64,000 nucleotides of DNA from Escherichia phage pinkbiff, in the sequence record MN850603.1; one strand, written 5' to 3'. Every line of letters begins with the position of its first letter. The stretch's first letter is position 1. The position numbers were made by a program, and so were the translations under genes. The notes beneath the pieces were generated by a model. It worked only from the letters and a program-made list of their open reading frames with translations, was not told the DNA's origin and did no database searches. Positions 8,134 through 17,157 of this stretch are shown piece after piece.

Positions 8134-9549
8134 TTACCAGATGTAACGGTCAATCATTACTGCTTTGAGCATTACACTGATTGGGTCAAACTTCTCACCA
8201 CCAAGCAAAGCTTTTAAAGTGGCTGGAGAGAAACCAGATACCATTGCTACACCGTTATCCTTAACAGACACTTCGCAAGTACCATTACGGTTTGCTAAGT
8301 ACCAGAATACCAGTTGTGGCATTTCGTATCCAGCTTTCTTGTACTTACTCTGAATTGCTTCAAAGTTTGTACGACCGTTAGCTCCATCAACCTGATTGAA
8401 CTCCATATCAGAGAAGATGATAAGCTTACTTGGCATATCTTTCTGAGTCAAGTTGTTTCTTTTACCTACCTCAAGAATGCGGTCAAAAGCTGCCTGTAAG
8501 TTAGTTGAGCCATATTCAACGTGTCGCATCACCTGACGATGACGGTTTCGTAAATCACCACTCAGTTCAATGAAGTGAGGGTTTGTTGAATAAACCATCA
8601 ACTCATCCTTAAAGCAACCTGTATTGCGTTCTGCTACATACAAGGCAAGTGATACGCCAATATCAAGGGCAGTGATTGAACCAAGATTCACCCAAGACAT
8701 TGAGCTTGAAACATCAGTCATACACAAGATGTTCTCACCTTCTGCCATCCAGTTTGGTAGTGCTTTCCACTGCTCATTGGCAACATCTGCATTACCATGC
8801 TTGATAGACTTAATCACATCGTATGGATAAACAGCACCAGCGTTAATCTTAGACTCACCCTTTGAGAGTGATTCGATGTAAGCTTTGTAACGTTCTCCAT
8901 CTTTGCGGTTAAAGAGCTTTTGGTAACGTGCAGCAGCGAGTGAAGGAATCTTGCTGTAGTCAATCTTACCAAACTCATTAGCAGAGATTTTTTGCTCAAC
9001 CGTATCAGACAGTGCAGATAACAGTGTGCGGTACTCTTTCTCACTCAAGTTGGCAAACTTGCAGAAACGTTTTACAAACTGCTTATGACGTGGTTTGACT
9101 CGTGGTAACCACTTAGCTGCCAAACCTGCTGTTGCAGGGTCTAGTAATGCTGCCTCTAAATGTTTGAAGGCATCCGTCTCGAAACGAGTACCTACGAAGA
9201 TTTTGAAGTCATCAAAACGACCAAGTTCTGCAATCTTATCCATAATGCGAAGAACCTGTGTAGGCTCTAAAACTTTATCTTCAATTGCTTGAAGTAAAAC
9301 AGTTCGGAAAGCTTTACGCTCACCCATACCTTCCCGTACATCTCGCATATGCAGTAAAATACGAACTGCAACATCAACATCCTCATGCAAAGCTTTGTAG
9401 AACAGGTCTGGTAAGATTTCTACATTGCTACGGCTTGAGCCAGCGGCTTTGTAAAAGTCTACCAGAGCAGACATTGATGAAGTATGGTTTACAGCACCAT
9501 TTTCAGTCCGACCTGCATGAAGGTGTGCATGTTTAAATAACTCGCTCAT
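8134..9549 (-). CDS. vWA-domain protein with MIDAS motif (471 aa); Ro60/TROVE-like architecture possible
   Basis: ATG at 9549 with GGAGAG SD; C-terminal region carries DxSxS (DVSSSMS) and a downstream SDMEF, typical of von Willebrand A metal-ion-dependent adhesion sites; helical N-terminal 280 aa. Confidence 0.7.
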   Translation of the reverse strand: MSELFKHAHLHAGRTENGAVNHTSSMSALVDFYKAAGSSRSNVEILPDLFYKALHEDVDVAVRILLHMRDVREGMGERKAFRTVLLQAIEDKVLEPTQVLRIMDKIAELGRFDDFKIFVGTRFETDAFKHLEAALLDPATAGLAAKWLPRVKPRHKQFVKRFCKFANLSEKEYRTLLSALSDTVEQKISANEFGKIDYSKIPSLAAARYQKLFNRKDGERYKAYIESLSKGESKINAGAVYPYDVIKSIKHGNADVANEQWKALPNWMAEGENILCMTDVSSSMSWVNLGSITALDIGVSLALYVAERNTGCFKDELMVYSTNPHFIELSGDLRNRHRQVMRHVEYGSTNLQAAFDRILEVGKRNNLTQKDMPSKLIIFSDMEFNQVDGANGRTNFEAIQSKYKKAGYEMPQLVFWYLANRNGTCEVSVKDNGVAMVSGFSPATLKALLGGEKFDPISVMLKAVMIDRYIW

Positions 9550-9628
9550 ATTTACTCTCCTCTCTCGTTGTTGTTTGATGTGACAGACTTTAGAGCAACT
9601 TTGTAGAGTCTGTCAACACCTTTTAAAA

Positions 9629-10000
9629 TTATTTTTTGAGAGTCGCTACAGCAGAAAACGTTGGTTTGTTATCTGTCTGGGTTTGACCACCATTATCGGG
9701 GGTCTTCTTAGTGTCTGCTGCAATCGCTTTCATCTCACCTGCTGAGTGGGTCATGATAGTTTTACCAGCTTCCATCATCGACTTCAGGTTTACATCGTCA
9801 GTCGTCAAACCGAACTCTGCAAGCTTAGCAGCATCCCTTGTAACAATCGCCTCAAACAACTTTGCAGCAAACTCAGCAGAATTATCAATGGTCAGTTGAG
9901 CTTTTACGAGTGAGCTTTTGTTACGAGAGCCTTTTGGTCTTCCAGATGGGTTTCCAGACTGGCCTTTTTTAAACTGGCCTTTGTTTGTTCTGTTTTTCAT
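9629..10000 (-). CDS. hypothetical basic protein (123 aa)
   Basis: ATG at 10000 with AAGAGG SD; N-terminal Gly/Lys/Arg-rich segment. Confidence 0.6.
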   Translation of the reverse strand: MKNRTNKGQFKKGQSGNPSGRPKGSRNKSSLVKAQLTIDNSAEFAAKLFEAIVTRDAAKLAEFGLTTDDVNLKSMMEAGKTIMTHSAGEMKAIAADTKKTPDNGGQTQTDNKPTFSAVATLKK

Positions 10001-10175
10001 TGGTATGCCTCTTATAAGACCTCTTAAAAGGCTTTTAAGATAAAAGATAGATATCCAGAAAGATATCTGTTTAAATAGCCTTTTTAGAGGAACCTTTTAA
10101 GTTATCTTCTAAGTATTTATAAGCCTACACCTTGTCAAGTACTTTGTCAACAACTTTTTTAACTTGCAATAGTTC

Positions 10176-10204
10176 TTGACTTGTTGTATGGATTACTGTA
10201 CCAT
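10176..10204 (+). promoter_or_regulatory. candidate promoter for the plus-strand operon
   Basis: TTGACT (10176-10181), 17-nt spacer, TACCAT (10199-10204), about 45 nt upstream of the first plus-strand ORF. Confidence 0.3.
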
Positions 10205-10249
10205 CTTACTTAAAGCTGTAGGTCTGCCTTGTTCTACAAAGGAGACTTA

Positions 10250-10411
10250 ATGAGGAAATCAAATAAACCGAAGAAAGGTAAGAATACCAATCACTGTAAG
10301 GAATCAAAAAGGGTAGAATTAATCTACTATTCATCCTCTGAAATTGGTCTGTACCTGTTCTTTCAAAATTACAGAAGACAAGAGGATTATCTATGTGTAG
10401 TTCCCAATTAG
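10250..10411 (+). CDS. hypothetical small basic protein (53 aa)
   Basis: ATG at 10250 preceded by AAGGAGA; track ORF starts at an upstream TTG. Confidence 0.4.
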   Translation: MRKSNKPKKGKNTNHCKESKRVELIYYSSSEIGLYLFFQNYRRQEDYLCVVPN

Positions 10412-10626
10412 AAATCGCAGATATTATAGACTTATATCAAACTGCAAAGAGTCATGGCTATATAACCTCAATTGGAAAGAATAGTCACTATGATGCTTTG
10501 ACTGGAATGTATTTCAGGGCAATGGCTCAATCTAGTGAACAACACTTAGTGGTTTCTTCCAGTGAGTTTACTTCGTTTCTCTATTGCAGCAAAATTATAA
10601 ATCGCAGGAGAACTGAAAAATGTTAA
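10393..10626 (+). CDS. hypothetical protein (77 aa)
   Basis: ATG with AAGAGGA SD; overlaps neighbours by a few nt (operon-like packing). Confidence 0.5.
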   Translation: MCSSQLEIADIIDLYQTAKSHGYITSIGKNSHYDALTGMYFRAMAQSSEQHLVVSSSEFTSFLYCSKIINRRRTEKC

Positions 10627-11210
10627 CAGTAAGTTTTAATTACAATAGTGATGGCTCTGTATCAATTAACTCACCATATGCAAATGACCTACTTAAAGAG
10701 CTAGTCAGTCAGTGTGAGCGGGGTCTTCACTATGTTCAAAATTCTTTTAAACAGAAGACTATTGCTAATAACTTGATGCGTGTAACAGTGACGGCATCGA
10801 ATCCAAACTATGACTTTGATAGTGAAAGTCCATACTCATTAGTTGCGCTTGGAGAGTCCAGCCAATTCAAACTTGTTTGCCACGACTCAGAAACATTCCT
10901 TAAGGTATTTTCCAACCTTACCCATAATAATAAGTACAGCTACGTTGATGGTAGTGTAAACTTCTATCCAGCAAACTATACATGTTTGTTGACTGATAAT
11001 ATGAGAAAAAGTAAGCAAGAACCTACAGAAATTTCATTTGATGTGAACTCTAGTCCAGACGCAGAAACAAGTAAGAACTTTGATATGAGTTACGCATTGT
11101 CACTTAGTAAGAAATCCGAGTTCATTGATTATGTCAATGGATTTGGTTTTAAGTTTGATGAGAGTATGAATCTTAAAAAACTTAAGAACCTACTTAAGAC
11201 TAAAGCTTAA
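10620..11210 (+). CDS. hypothetical protein (196 aa)
   Basis: ATG 10620 with AGGAGA SD. Confidence 0.6.
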   Translation: MLTVSFNYNSDGSVSINSPYANDLLKELVSQCERGLHYVQNSFKQKTIANNLMRVTVTASNPNYDFDSESPYSLVALGESSQFKLVCHDSETFLKVFSNLTHNNKYSYVDGSVNFYPANYTCLLTDNMRKSKQEPTEISFDVNSSPDAETSKNFDMSYALSLSKKSEFIDYVNGFGFKFDESMNLKKLKNLLKTKA

Positions 11211-11257
11211 GTGTGAATAGGGGCTGATGCCCCTTTAACTATTTATAAGGATATTTA

Positions 11258-11629
11258 ATGAAAGCTAAGAGTGCAAAAGACTTTTATTGCTTCCTACAAT
11301 CCTATATCAATTCCGTGCAAAATGGTGAAAGGTACAACCTTAATGATGTTATCCCAACACCTTTGACATGGAGACTCAGCAAATGGCCTGAAGAAGATAT
11401 TACACCAACAAGCGAACAACGCACCTACAAACCTGAAATCAATATTCCAGACTCTGAGAATCTACTATATCCAATGTTCCATATTGTTGGTCTTGGAAGA
11501 TTCCTTATGGATATCCAGTATGTAATTGGTAAGGGTTATAAGGTTAAAGGTATTGTTGTTGGTGATGTATCTCCACATCACAAAGGTTATTTTAGACTAA
11601 ACGCACATTTAGAGGCTAAAAAGAAATGA
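11258..11629 (+). CDS. hypothetical protein (123 aa), paralog of the N-terminal domain of the next gene
   Basis: ATG with AAGGA SD; shares a conserved motif (W-P-E-x-D-I ... F-x-M-D-x-Q-Y) with residues 1-120 of the 11626..13011 product. Confidence 0.6.
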   Translation: MKAKSAKDFYCFLQSYINSVQNGERYNLNDVIPTPLTWRLSKWPEEDITPTSEQRTYKPEINIPDSENLLYPMFHIVGLGRFLMDIQYVIGKGYKVKGIVVGDVSPHHKGYFRLNAHLEAKKK

Positions 11630-13011
11630 TTAAAGCAAAGACTTACCCAGACTTCAAAGAGTTTGTGAAGGGCTTCATTGCAAACGTAAAAGCTGGTAAG
11701 AGATATGATTTTAGAGCATATCAAGAGGCTATTTTACCGCTTACCTATAGTTCGTATTGGCCTGAAGCTGATATTGCAGAAGTTGAGGAGTTTGACTACA
11801 AACCAGACTACAAAGTTCCATTTAGTGATGAGTTGCTTTACAGCATTGGTGCTCAAATGAGAACTTCTGACTTCTTCATGGACTTACAATATGCAATTAT
11901 CAATGGTAAAGACGTTGACACAATTTATTGTGAATGGCTGGCAAGAGTTAAACCATTCTCAATGTTGAATGCTAAGTTGAAGGATGCTATCAAGCCACCA
12001 GCAATCACTCAGCAACCAACCAATCAAACAGTAAATGAAGGTGACACACTTACCCTAAGTGTTATTGCAACTAATGCCACTGGATATCAATGGAAAAAGG
12101 GTGGTGAGGATATCACTAGCGCCACATCTGCAACCTACACAAAACAGTCTGTAGCACCTTCTGATGCAGGTTCATACACTTGTGTTGTATCTGGAGAGGC
12201 TGGAACAAGTGTTACCTCAGATGCGGCAACAGTTACTGTCAACGCACTGCCTGTGATTACACAGCAACCTTCTAGCCAGACCATCAATGAGGGTGGGAAC
12301 ATTAACTTGGAAGTGACTGCAACAGGTGCAACAGGTTATCAGTGGAAGAAAGATGGCTCTGACATCCCTTCAGCTACAGAGGCTACCTATAGCAAGTCTG
12401 GTGCGCTGCCAGCAGATGCAGGTTCATACACTTGCGTTGTAACAGGTGCAGGTGGTTCTGTTACTTCTAGCCCTGCAACTGTCACGGTAAATGCTTTGCC
12501 AGTTATTACCAAGCAGCCAACCAATCAGGTAGTTAATGAGGGTAGCTCTTTGACACTGAGTGTTGAGGCGACAGGTGCGGAAGGTTATCAGTGGAAAAAG
12601 GACGATGTGAACATCCCTAGTGCAACTGGTGCGACTTACACGAAAGCTAACGCAGTTCCTGACGATGCTGGTTCATATACCTGTGTAGTTACTGGTGCTG
12701 GTGGTACAACAGTCACATCTAATGCTGCAACAGTTACTGTGAATGCACTTCCGGTAATCACTCAACAGCCAACCAATCAAGAAACCAATGAAGGTGAGAC
12801 CTTAACGCTGAATGTTGTAGCAACAGGTGCAACAGGTTACCAGTGGAAGAAAGGTGAGGAAGACATCCTCGATGCAACTACTGCAACTTACACCAAAGAA
12901 GGTGCAACCGCTGCTGATTCAGGAAGCTACACCTGTGTAGTTACTGGTGCAGGTGGCTCTGTAACATCTAATGCAGCAACAGTTACTGTTAACCCAGCAG
13001 GGGAGGCATAA
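11626..13011 (+). CDS. Ig-like (I-set-type) tandem-repeat protein (461 aa)
   Basis: N-terminal paralog domain followed by four tandem repeats of about 84 aa, each with P-V-I-T-Q-Q-P ... G-Y-Q-W-K-K ... A-G-S-Y-T-C-V-V. Confidence 0.75.
   Translation: MIKAKTYPDFKEFVKGFIANVKAGKRYDFRAYQEAILPLTYSSYWPEADIAEVEEFDYKPDYKVPFSDELLYSIGAQMRTSDFFMDLQYAIINGKDVDTIYCEWLARVKPFSMLNAKLKDAIKPPAITQQPTNQTVNEGDTLTLSVIATNATGYQWKKGGEDITSATSATYTKQSVAPSDAGSYTCVVSGEAGTSVTSDAATVTVNALPVITQQPSSQTINEGGNINLEVTATGATGYQWKKDGSDIPSATEATYSKSGALPADAGSYTCVVTGAGGSVTSSPATVTVNALPVITKQPTNQVVNEGSSLTLSVEATGAEGYQWKKDDVNIPSATGATYTKANAVPDDAGSYTCVVTGAGGTTVTSNAATVTVNALPVITQQPTNQETNEGETLTLNVVATGATGYQWKKGEEDILDATTATYTKEGATAADSGSYTCVVTGAGGSVTSNAATVTVNPAGEA
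11995..13005 (+). repeat. four tandem direct repeats of about 250 bp each (encode the Ig-like domains)
   Basis: Near-periodic recurrence of ...gttactgt(c/g)aa(c/t)gca(c/t)t(g/t)cc(t/a/g)gt(g/a/t)at(t/c)ac... and ggtta(t/c)cagtggaa(a/g)aa at about 250-bp spacing. Confidence 0.75.
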
Positions 13012-13475
13012 TGCAACTCTCAAGAAAAGGCTTAGATGCTATTAAGTTCTTTGAAGGTCTGAAGTTAGAGGCTTACGAAGACTCTGCCGGAATCCCAACA
13101 ATCGGGTATGGTACAATCCGTATTGACGGAAAACCTGTTAAGATGGGTATGAAAATTACTGCTGAACAAGCTGAACAGTATCTTCTCGCAGATGTTGAAA
13201 AGTTCGTTGCAGCAGTGAACAAATCCATCAAGGTTCCAACTTCCCAGAATGAGTTTGACGCACTTGTAAGTGAAACATACAACATTGGCATCACAGCTAT
13301 GCAGGACTCTACATTTATTAAGCGCCACAACGATGGCAATAAGGTAGGTTGTGCAGAAGCTATGCAATGGTGGAACAAGGTTACAGTCAAAGGTAAGAAG
13401 GTCACTTCAAACGGTCTTAAAAACAGACGTAGAATGGAAGCTGACATTTATCTTGACAGTGTATATCCAAAGTAA
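13011..13475 (+). CDS. endolysin, T4-lysozyme-like (GH24)
   Basis: N-terminal F-E-G-L-K-L-E-A-Y-E-D-S-A-G-I-P-T-I-G-Y-G-T matches the Glu/Asp/Thr catalytic region of T4-type lysozymes; GGGGAGG SD. Confidence 0.85.
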   Translation: MQLSRKGLDAIKFFEGLKLEAYEDSAGIPTIGYGTIRIDGKPVKMGMKITAEQAEQYLLADVEKFVAAVNKSIKVPTSQNEFDALVSETYNIGITAMQDSTFIKRHNDGNKVGCAEAMQWWNKVTVKGKKVTSNGLKNRRRMEADIYLDSVYPK

Positions 13476-13484
13476 TATCTTCAT

Positions 13485-13512
13485 AGGCTCCTTCGGGAGC
13501 CTTTTTTATTTT
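13485..13512 (+). terminator. rho-independent terminator
   Basis: aggctcc-ttcg-ggagcct hairpin followed by TTTTTTATTTT. Confidence 0.7.
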
Positions 13513-13526
13513 CTAAGGAGAAAACT

Positions 13527-13925
13527 ATGAAACTTTGGGCTAGTGACTTTGGGACTTTTAAGTACACTCGTGATGGTTCAATGGTGAGAATTATTGGCAG
13601 CCAGATTGTAGTAAGGGGTGATGAGGTCTGTACAAAGTTCACTGTAGAGTTAGCTGAGCTATCACCTATTACCCGTGCTAAGAATGGGTTTTTCAGGTTC
13701 GAGATTTACAAAGTAGATGAGTACGGTCGGTTCAACCCTCTTGGAGAAAGTGGATTAGATATTATTTCTGAACACCCATTGACAGCAGAGCAATTGTCAG
13801 GTTATTATAAAACTCTACTTGAAAGAGAGTTAGCAACCCACGAGTGTGAAGCAAAATATCACATAGAGCGTTGTGAAACACTCAAAGAAAAGATAAAACT
13901 AGCAGAGAGAGGTTTTTATGAATAA
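13527..13925 (+). CDS. hypothetical protein (132 aa)
   Basis: ATG with AAGGAG SD. Confidence 0.6.
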   Translation: MKLWASDFGTFKYTRDGSMVRIIGSQIVVRGDEVCTKFTVELAELSPITRAKNGFFRFEIYKVDEYGRFNPLGESGLDIISEHPLTAEQLSGYYKTLLERELATHECEAKYHIERCETLKEKIKLAERGFYE

Positions 13926-14313
13926 TAACAGTCATATTCACGTTAAAGTTGATGTCAGCCGTTACAGCGAAAATGAGGAACTAGACCTGCAAGATGCTAT
14001 TCTCTTTGAGAAGAATGGTAATCTCCATCTGCATTTCGAAGGTACAAACACATATCTCCACAGATGTCGAGATGATGCAGATGGTTGCCCTGTTTTTGCT
14101 TGGTATAATTTAGAGTTCCCTCTTTACGCAATCCACTACCCAGATGGTGGAGAAGACTGGACAACTCAGTCAATTTTTGATGAGCTTAACGGTGTTCCGG
14201 TTGAGCAAGAAGAGCAAGAGCCTGTTGAACTGACCTTCACCTTCGTCAAAGAAGAAACGGTTGGTGATTTGTCAGTAACTGAAGCTATTCAGGTAACACA
14301 GGTCATTCGCTAA
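13918..14313 (+). CDS. hypothetical protein (131 aa)
   Basis: Start overlaps the stop of the previous gene. Confidence 0.55.
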   Translation: MNNNSHIHVKVDVSRYSENEELDLQDAILFEKNGNLHLHFEGTNTYLHRCRDDADGCPVFAWYNLEFPLYAIHYPDGGEDWTTQSIFDELNGVPVEQEEQEPVELTFTFVKEETVGDLSVTEAIQVTQVIR

Positions 14314-14606
14314 TGAGTAAAGTACAGGTTATTTTCCCTATTTGTGACTTCTCACTAGAGCGTGAACTTGACCTGTACGAAGAAATTACTGACGAAATTA
14401 TCTGGTCTGTTGTAGAAGAGGCTATCAAGAAACTATATGGTGGCCTCTTAAACCCATCAAGCAAAAAGCTCAATACTAAACAAGTAGCTGACCCATATGT
14501 TTCATATGATGCCTACAACAAACCTTTTGAAAATACCTGCTTTGACCTTATGGTAGGCAATAACAAAGTCAACTATTTCTTCGTCAGAGAGTTTAACGAT
14601 GAGTAA
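14313..14606 (+). CDS. hypothetical protein (97 aa)
   Basis: Start overlaps the stop of the previous gene. Confidence 0.55.
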   Translation: MSKVQVIFPICDFSLERELDLYEEITDEIIWSVVEEAIKKLYGGLLNPSSKKLNTKQVADPYVSYDAYNKPFENTCFDLMVGNNKVNYFFVREFNDE

Positions 14607-14943
14607 GCTCCATGTCACAGTTTACAAAAACTTCTCAGATATCAAAGAGTCTTTAACAAATAAGCTTGACTTACAACGTAAAAGGCTCTTTTTAATGTAT
14701 GACATAGACAACTACAACCATCCTAAAGAGTTCAACTACAAAGATGGTACAAAGGTTGTCGAATTTGAAGATTCTGTGACGGTGTATGTCAAATATGACT
14801 TACCAGCAAAGTACATAGGGATGTTAGAGTATTACATATTCAAACATACAGGTATGCGTGGTGAAGCTGTCAAGATATCTTCTATAGAAGTTTTTGAGAA
14901 ACCTAACACACAACTTAAAAAGTATTTAATGAGGAAACTGTAA
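14599..14943 (+). CDS. hypothetical protein (114 aa)
   Basis: Start overlaps the stop of the previous gene. Confidence 0.55.
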   Translation: MSKLHVTVYKNFSDIKESLTNKLDLQRKRLFLMYDIDNYNHPKEFNYKDGTKVVEFEDSVTVYVKYDLPAKYIGMLEYYIFKHTGMRGEAVKISSIEVFEKPNTQLKKYLMRKL

Positions 14944-15524
14944 TGTCCGAAGAGCAACAGGATATCATTCCACAAGTAACGCTTGTACAACACTTTGGAA
15001 ATATTGAAGGGTGTGTTGCACTTTTTCAACCAAGCATCAACTCTCCTGCAAAAGTTTGCAAACTAACTATGAATGTTAACAACATCAGTGTTTGCCTTGT
15101 TGATGAAGTTCAATATTTCAAGTTTAATGACAGAGAGGTTGATGCTGCACTATTGAAGTACCGAGCAAGCCTAGAAAAAGACATCGACCACAAAGAACTT
15201 GTAACACTGTTTGGTGACCTTCACAAGCTTCTTGAAAAGGTTATTAAGCGCACATATTACATGAACAATGGTTCAATCATCACCACTTTGATTTCACCAT
15301 GTATTTCAGAGCCGATTTTAACTGATGACGGTGGATACTACGTGGTAGCATCAGCAGATTCTGATTGGTGGATGAAGAACACAGCACTTAAAACAGTGAT
15401 TGAGGCTATCCGTGAGCACATCCCCTCATTTAGCCCGTGGAAAGGTAAAAGTGATGATTTTATCGCACTATTGAGTGAAGAGAGCAACAAGCGCAGTGCA
15501 TTACTGCCTAAAAAATACTCTTGA
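14943..15524 (+). CDS. hypothetical protein (193 aa)
   Basis: ATGTCC start overlapping the previous stop. Confidence 0.55.
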   Translation: MSEEQQDIIPQVTLVQHFGNIEGCVALFQPSINSPAKVCKLTMNVNNISVCLVDEVQYFKFNDREVDAALLKYRASLEKDIDHKELVTLFGDLHKLLEKVIKRTYYMNNGSIITTLISPCISEPILTDDGGYYVVASADSDWWMKNTALKTVIEAIREHIPSFSPWKGKSDDFIALLSEESNKRSALLPKKYS

Positions 15525-15607
15525 CCGAATATACAAAACTGATTATGATGGGAGCTATCGAGAGGTAGTTCCCTTTTTAGTTTCTAGAGAAGAGACATGG
15601 TAAAAGA

Positions 15608-15826
15608 ATGAAAAAGTTAACTACAGTTGAAGATTACTACAAACTTTCCCTGTTAGAACAGTATCGCAGAAACCAGAATATCAGAAAATGCTATGGTAAA
15701 CACGCTGAGGGTGATTTTTACCATTGCTATGATGCAGATTTAAAAGGCGTAACACCTAGAGGGAAAGTCCTGCAAAGACTTGTTAACCTTGAGTGGAACA
15801 AACGATTGAGAGGGGTTGGAAAATGA
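15608..15826 (+). CDS. hypothetical protein (72 aa)
   Basis: ATG with AAGAA/GGTAAAAG upstream. Confidence 0.5.
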   Translation: MKKLTTVEDYYKLSLLEQYRRNQNIRKCYGKHAEGDFYHCYDADLKGVTPRGKVLQRLVNLEWNKRLRGVGK

Positions 15827-16326
15827 TTTACGAAGAAAGATATAAGATAGATTACCAGAAGACTGGTCATCATGTCTCCCTAAGAGTAACCAAACCAAAT
15901 GGAGACACCGGTATCATAGCACATTTTGGTGGTGATTATTGGTATGGTACTGGTTGCTTTGAAGGCTACAGTCAAGAATACTTGAAAGCTTTCTACAGAG
16001 ACTTTACAAACGACTACAATAGGGTTGTTGACGAAAAGAATAAGTGCATTAAGCATGAACACCATGCCAGAGGCTGCCTGAGTATTATTATGGTACTGGC
16101 ATTCTTCTTAGCAACGTTACTGGCAGTATCAGCAATCAGCTACATAGCTCAAGATTTAACCATTACACAGATTACTGCAAAGCTACATGATATCTGGTAC
16201 TTGTATGCTGTCCCTTTAGCTGGTATCATCATCTCACTAATAAGATTCAGAGTTCATAAGAAACGACTTAAGGATTCTGAGGTTAAACTTGAAGAGGTAA
16301 GTAAAGAATGCAACCTACAATTATAG
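15823..16326 (+). CDS. hypothetical membrane protein (167 aa)
   Basis: ATG at 15823 (ATGA overlap with previous stop, GAGAGGGG SD); two hydrophobic helices in the C-terminal half. Track ORF starts at GTG 15793. Confidence 0.55.
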   Translation: MIYEERYKIDYQKTGHHVSLRVTKPNGDTGIIAHFGGDYWYGTGCFEGYSQEYLKAFYRDFTNDYNRVVDEKNKCIKHEHHARGCLSIIMVLAFFLATLLAVSAISYIAQDLTITQITAKLHDIWYLYAVPLAGIIISLIRFRVHKKRLKDSEVKLEEVSKECNLQL

Positions 16327-16402
16327 CTGTATGTGTTCGTTTTGCAATCGCTGAAATGATTAACAAGGCAATCTTAAAAGATGCCTATGGAGAGACTAAG
16401 TA

Positions 16403-16627
16403 ATGATTAAGACACCTGTACCAATTTTTGGATTTCCTTCTATTGAAGAGTTCAAAGTCTATCTTGACAAAAACTTCTACAACGAGCAGCCTGTTACTTT
16501 GCTGAAGAGTGACTTATCAGAGCTTCTTGATATGGTTATCAAGGCAACTCCTGAGAAGGAACCTGAGCAGAAAGCTGAGAAGAAGACTAGTAAGAAATCC
16601 GATAAGAAGACTGAAAAGTCTGAGTAA
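16403..16627 (+). CDS. hypothetical protein (74 aa), Lys/Glu-rich tail
   Basis: ATG with GGAGAGA SD. Confidence 0.5.
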   Translation: MIKTPVPIFGFPSIEEFKVYLDKNFYNEQPVTLLKSDLSELLDMVIKATPEKEPEQKAEKKTSKKSDKKTEKSE

Positions 16628-16679
16628 TAACTTAGGGGTTACTTGATAGCCCCTTTGTAGAAACTTAGAAGGTAGCGAA

Positions 16680-17144
16680 ATGAAAATTAAAGTAGTAGTT
16701 CAAAAAGCAATGCTTAACAATTCAACTAAAGACGAAATGTACAAAGAGATTTGTGATAAGTTGAATTGTTCAAGACATGCTGCTAAGGTTCTTGTACATT
16801 GTTTTATCTGGGAATGCTCAGAGGCTTATATGCAATATGTAGCGTTTGAAAGTTCTCACTTACTAGGTGATGTAGAAGCTGGTGAGAAGCTAAAAGAACC
16901 TGAGATGAAAACAGTTCCTAAAGTTGGTAATGTATACCCTCTTAAAGATTTCAAGACCGGAAAGATTGTTGCAAAAGGTGTAGTAGAATCTGTTTATCAC
17001 GATGGTAAATACTTACTTAAAATATTTGAGTATGATAGCCACTACACACACTTATGTGGGATTACATTCTTAGTAACAGAAGAAGACCTCATTAAGAACA
17101 ATGGCAACAAGTTTGCAGTCCCAGCTTACCAAGTTTTACGATAA
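16680..17144 (+). CDS. hypothetical protein (154 aa)
   Basis: ATG with GAAGG SD. Confidence 0.55.
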   Translation: MKIKVVVQKAMLNNSTKDEMYKEICDKLNCSRHAAKVLVHCFIWECSEAYMQYVAFESSHLLGDVEAGEKLKEPEMKTVPKVGNVYPLKDFKTGKIVAKGVVESVYHDGKYLLKIFEYDSHYTHLCGITFLVTEEDLIKNNGNKFAVPAYQVLR

Positions 17145-17157
17145 TGGTGTGATAGAT

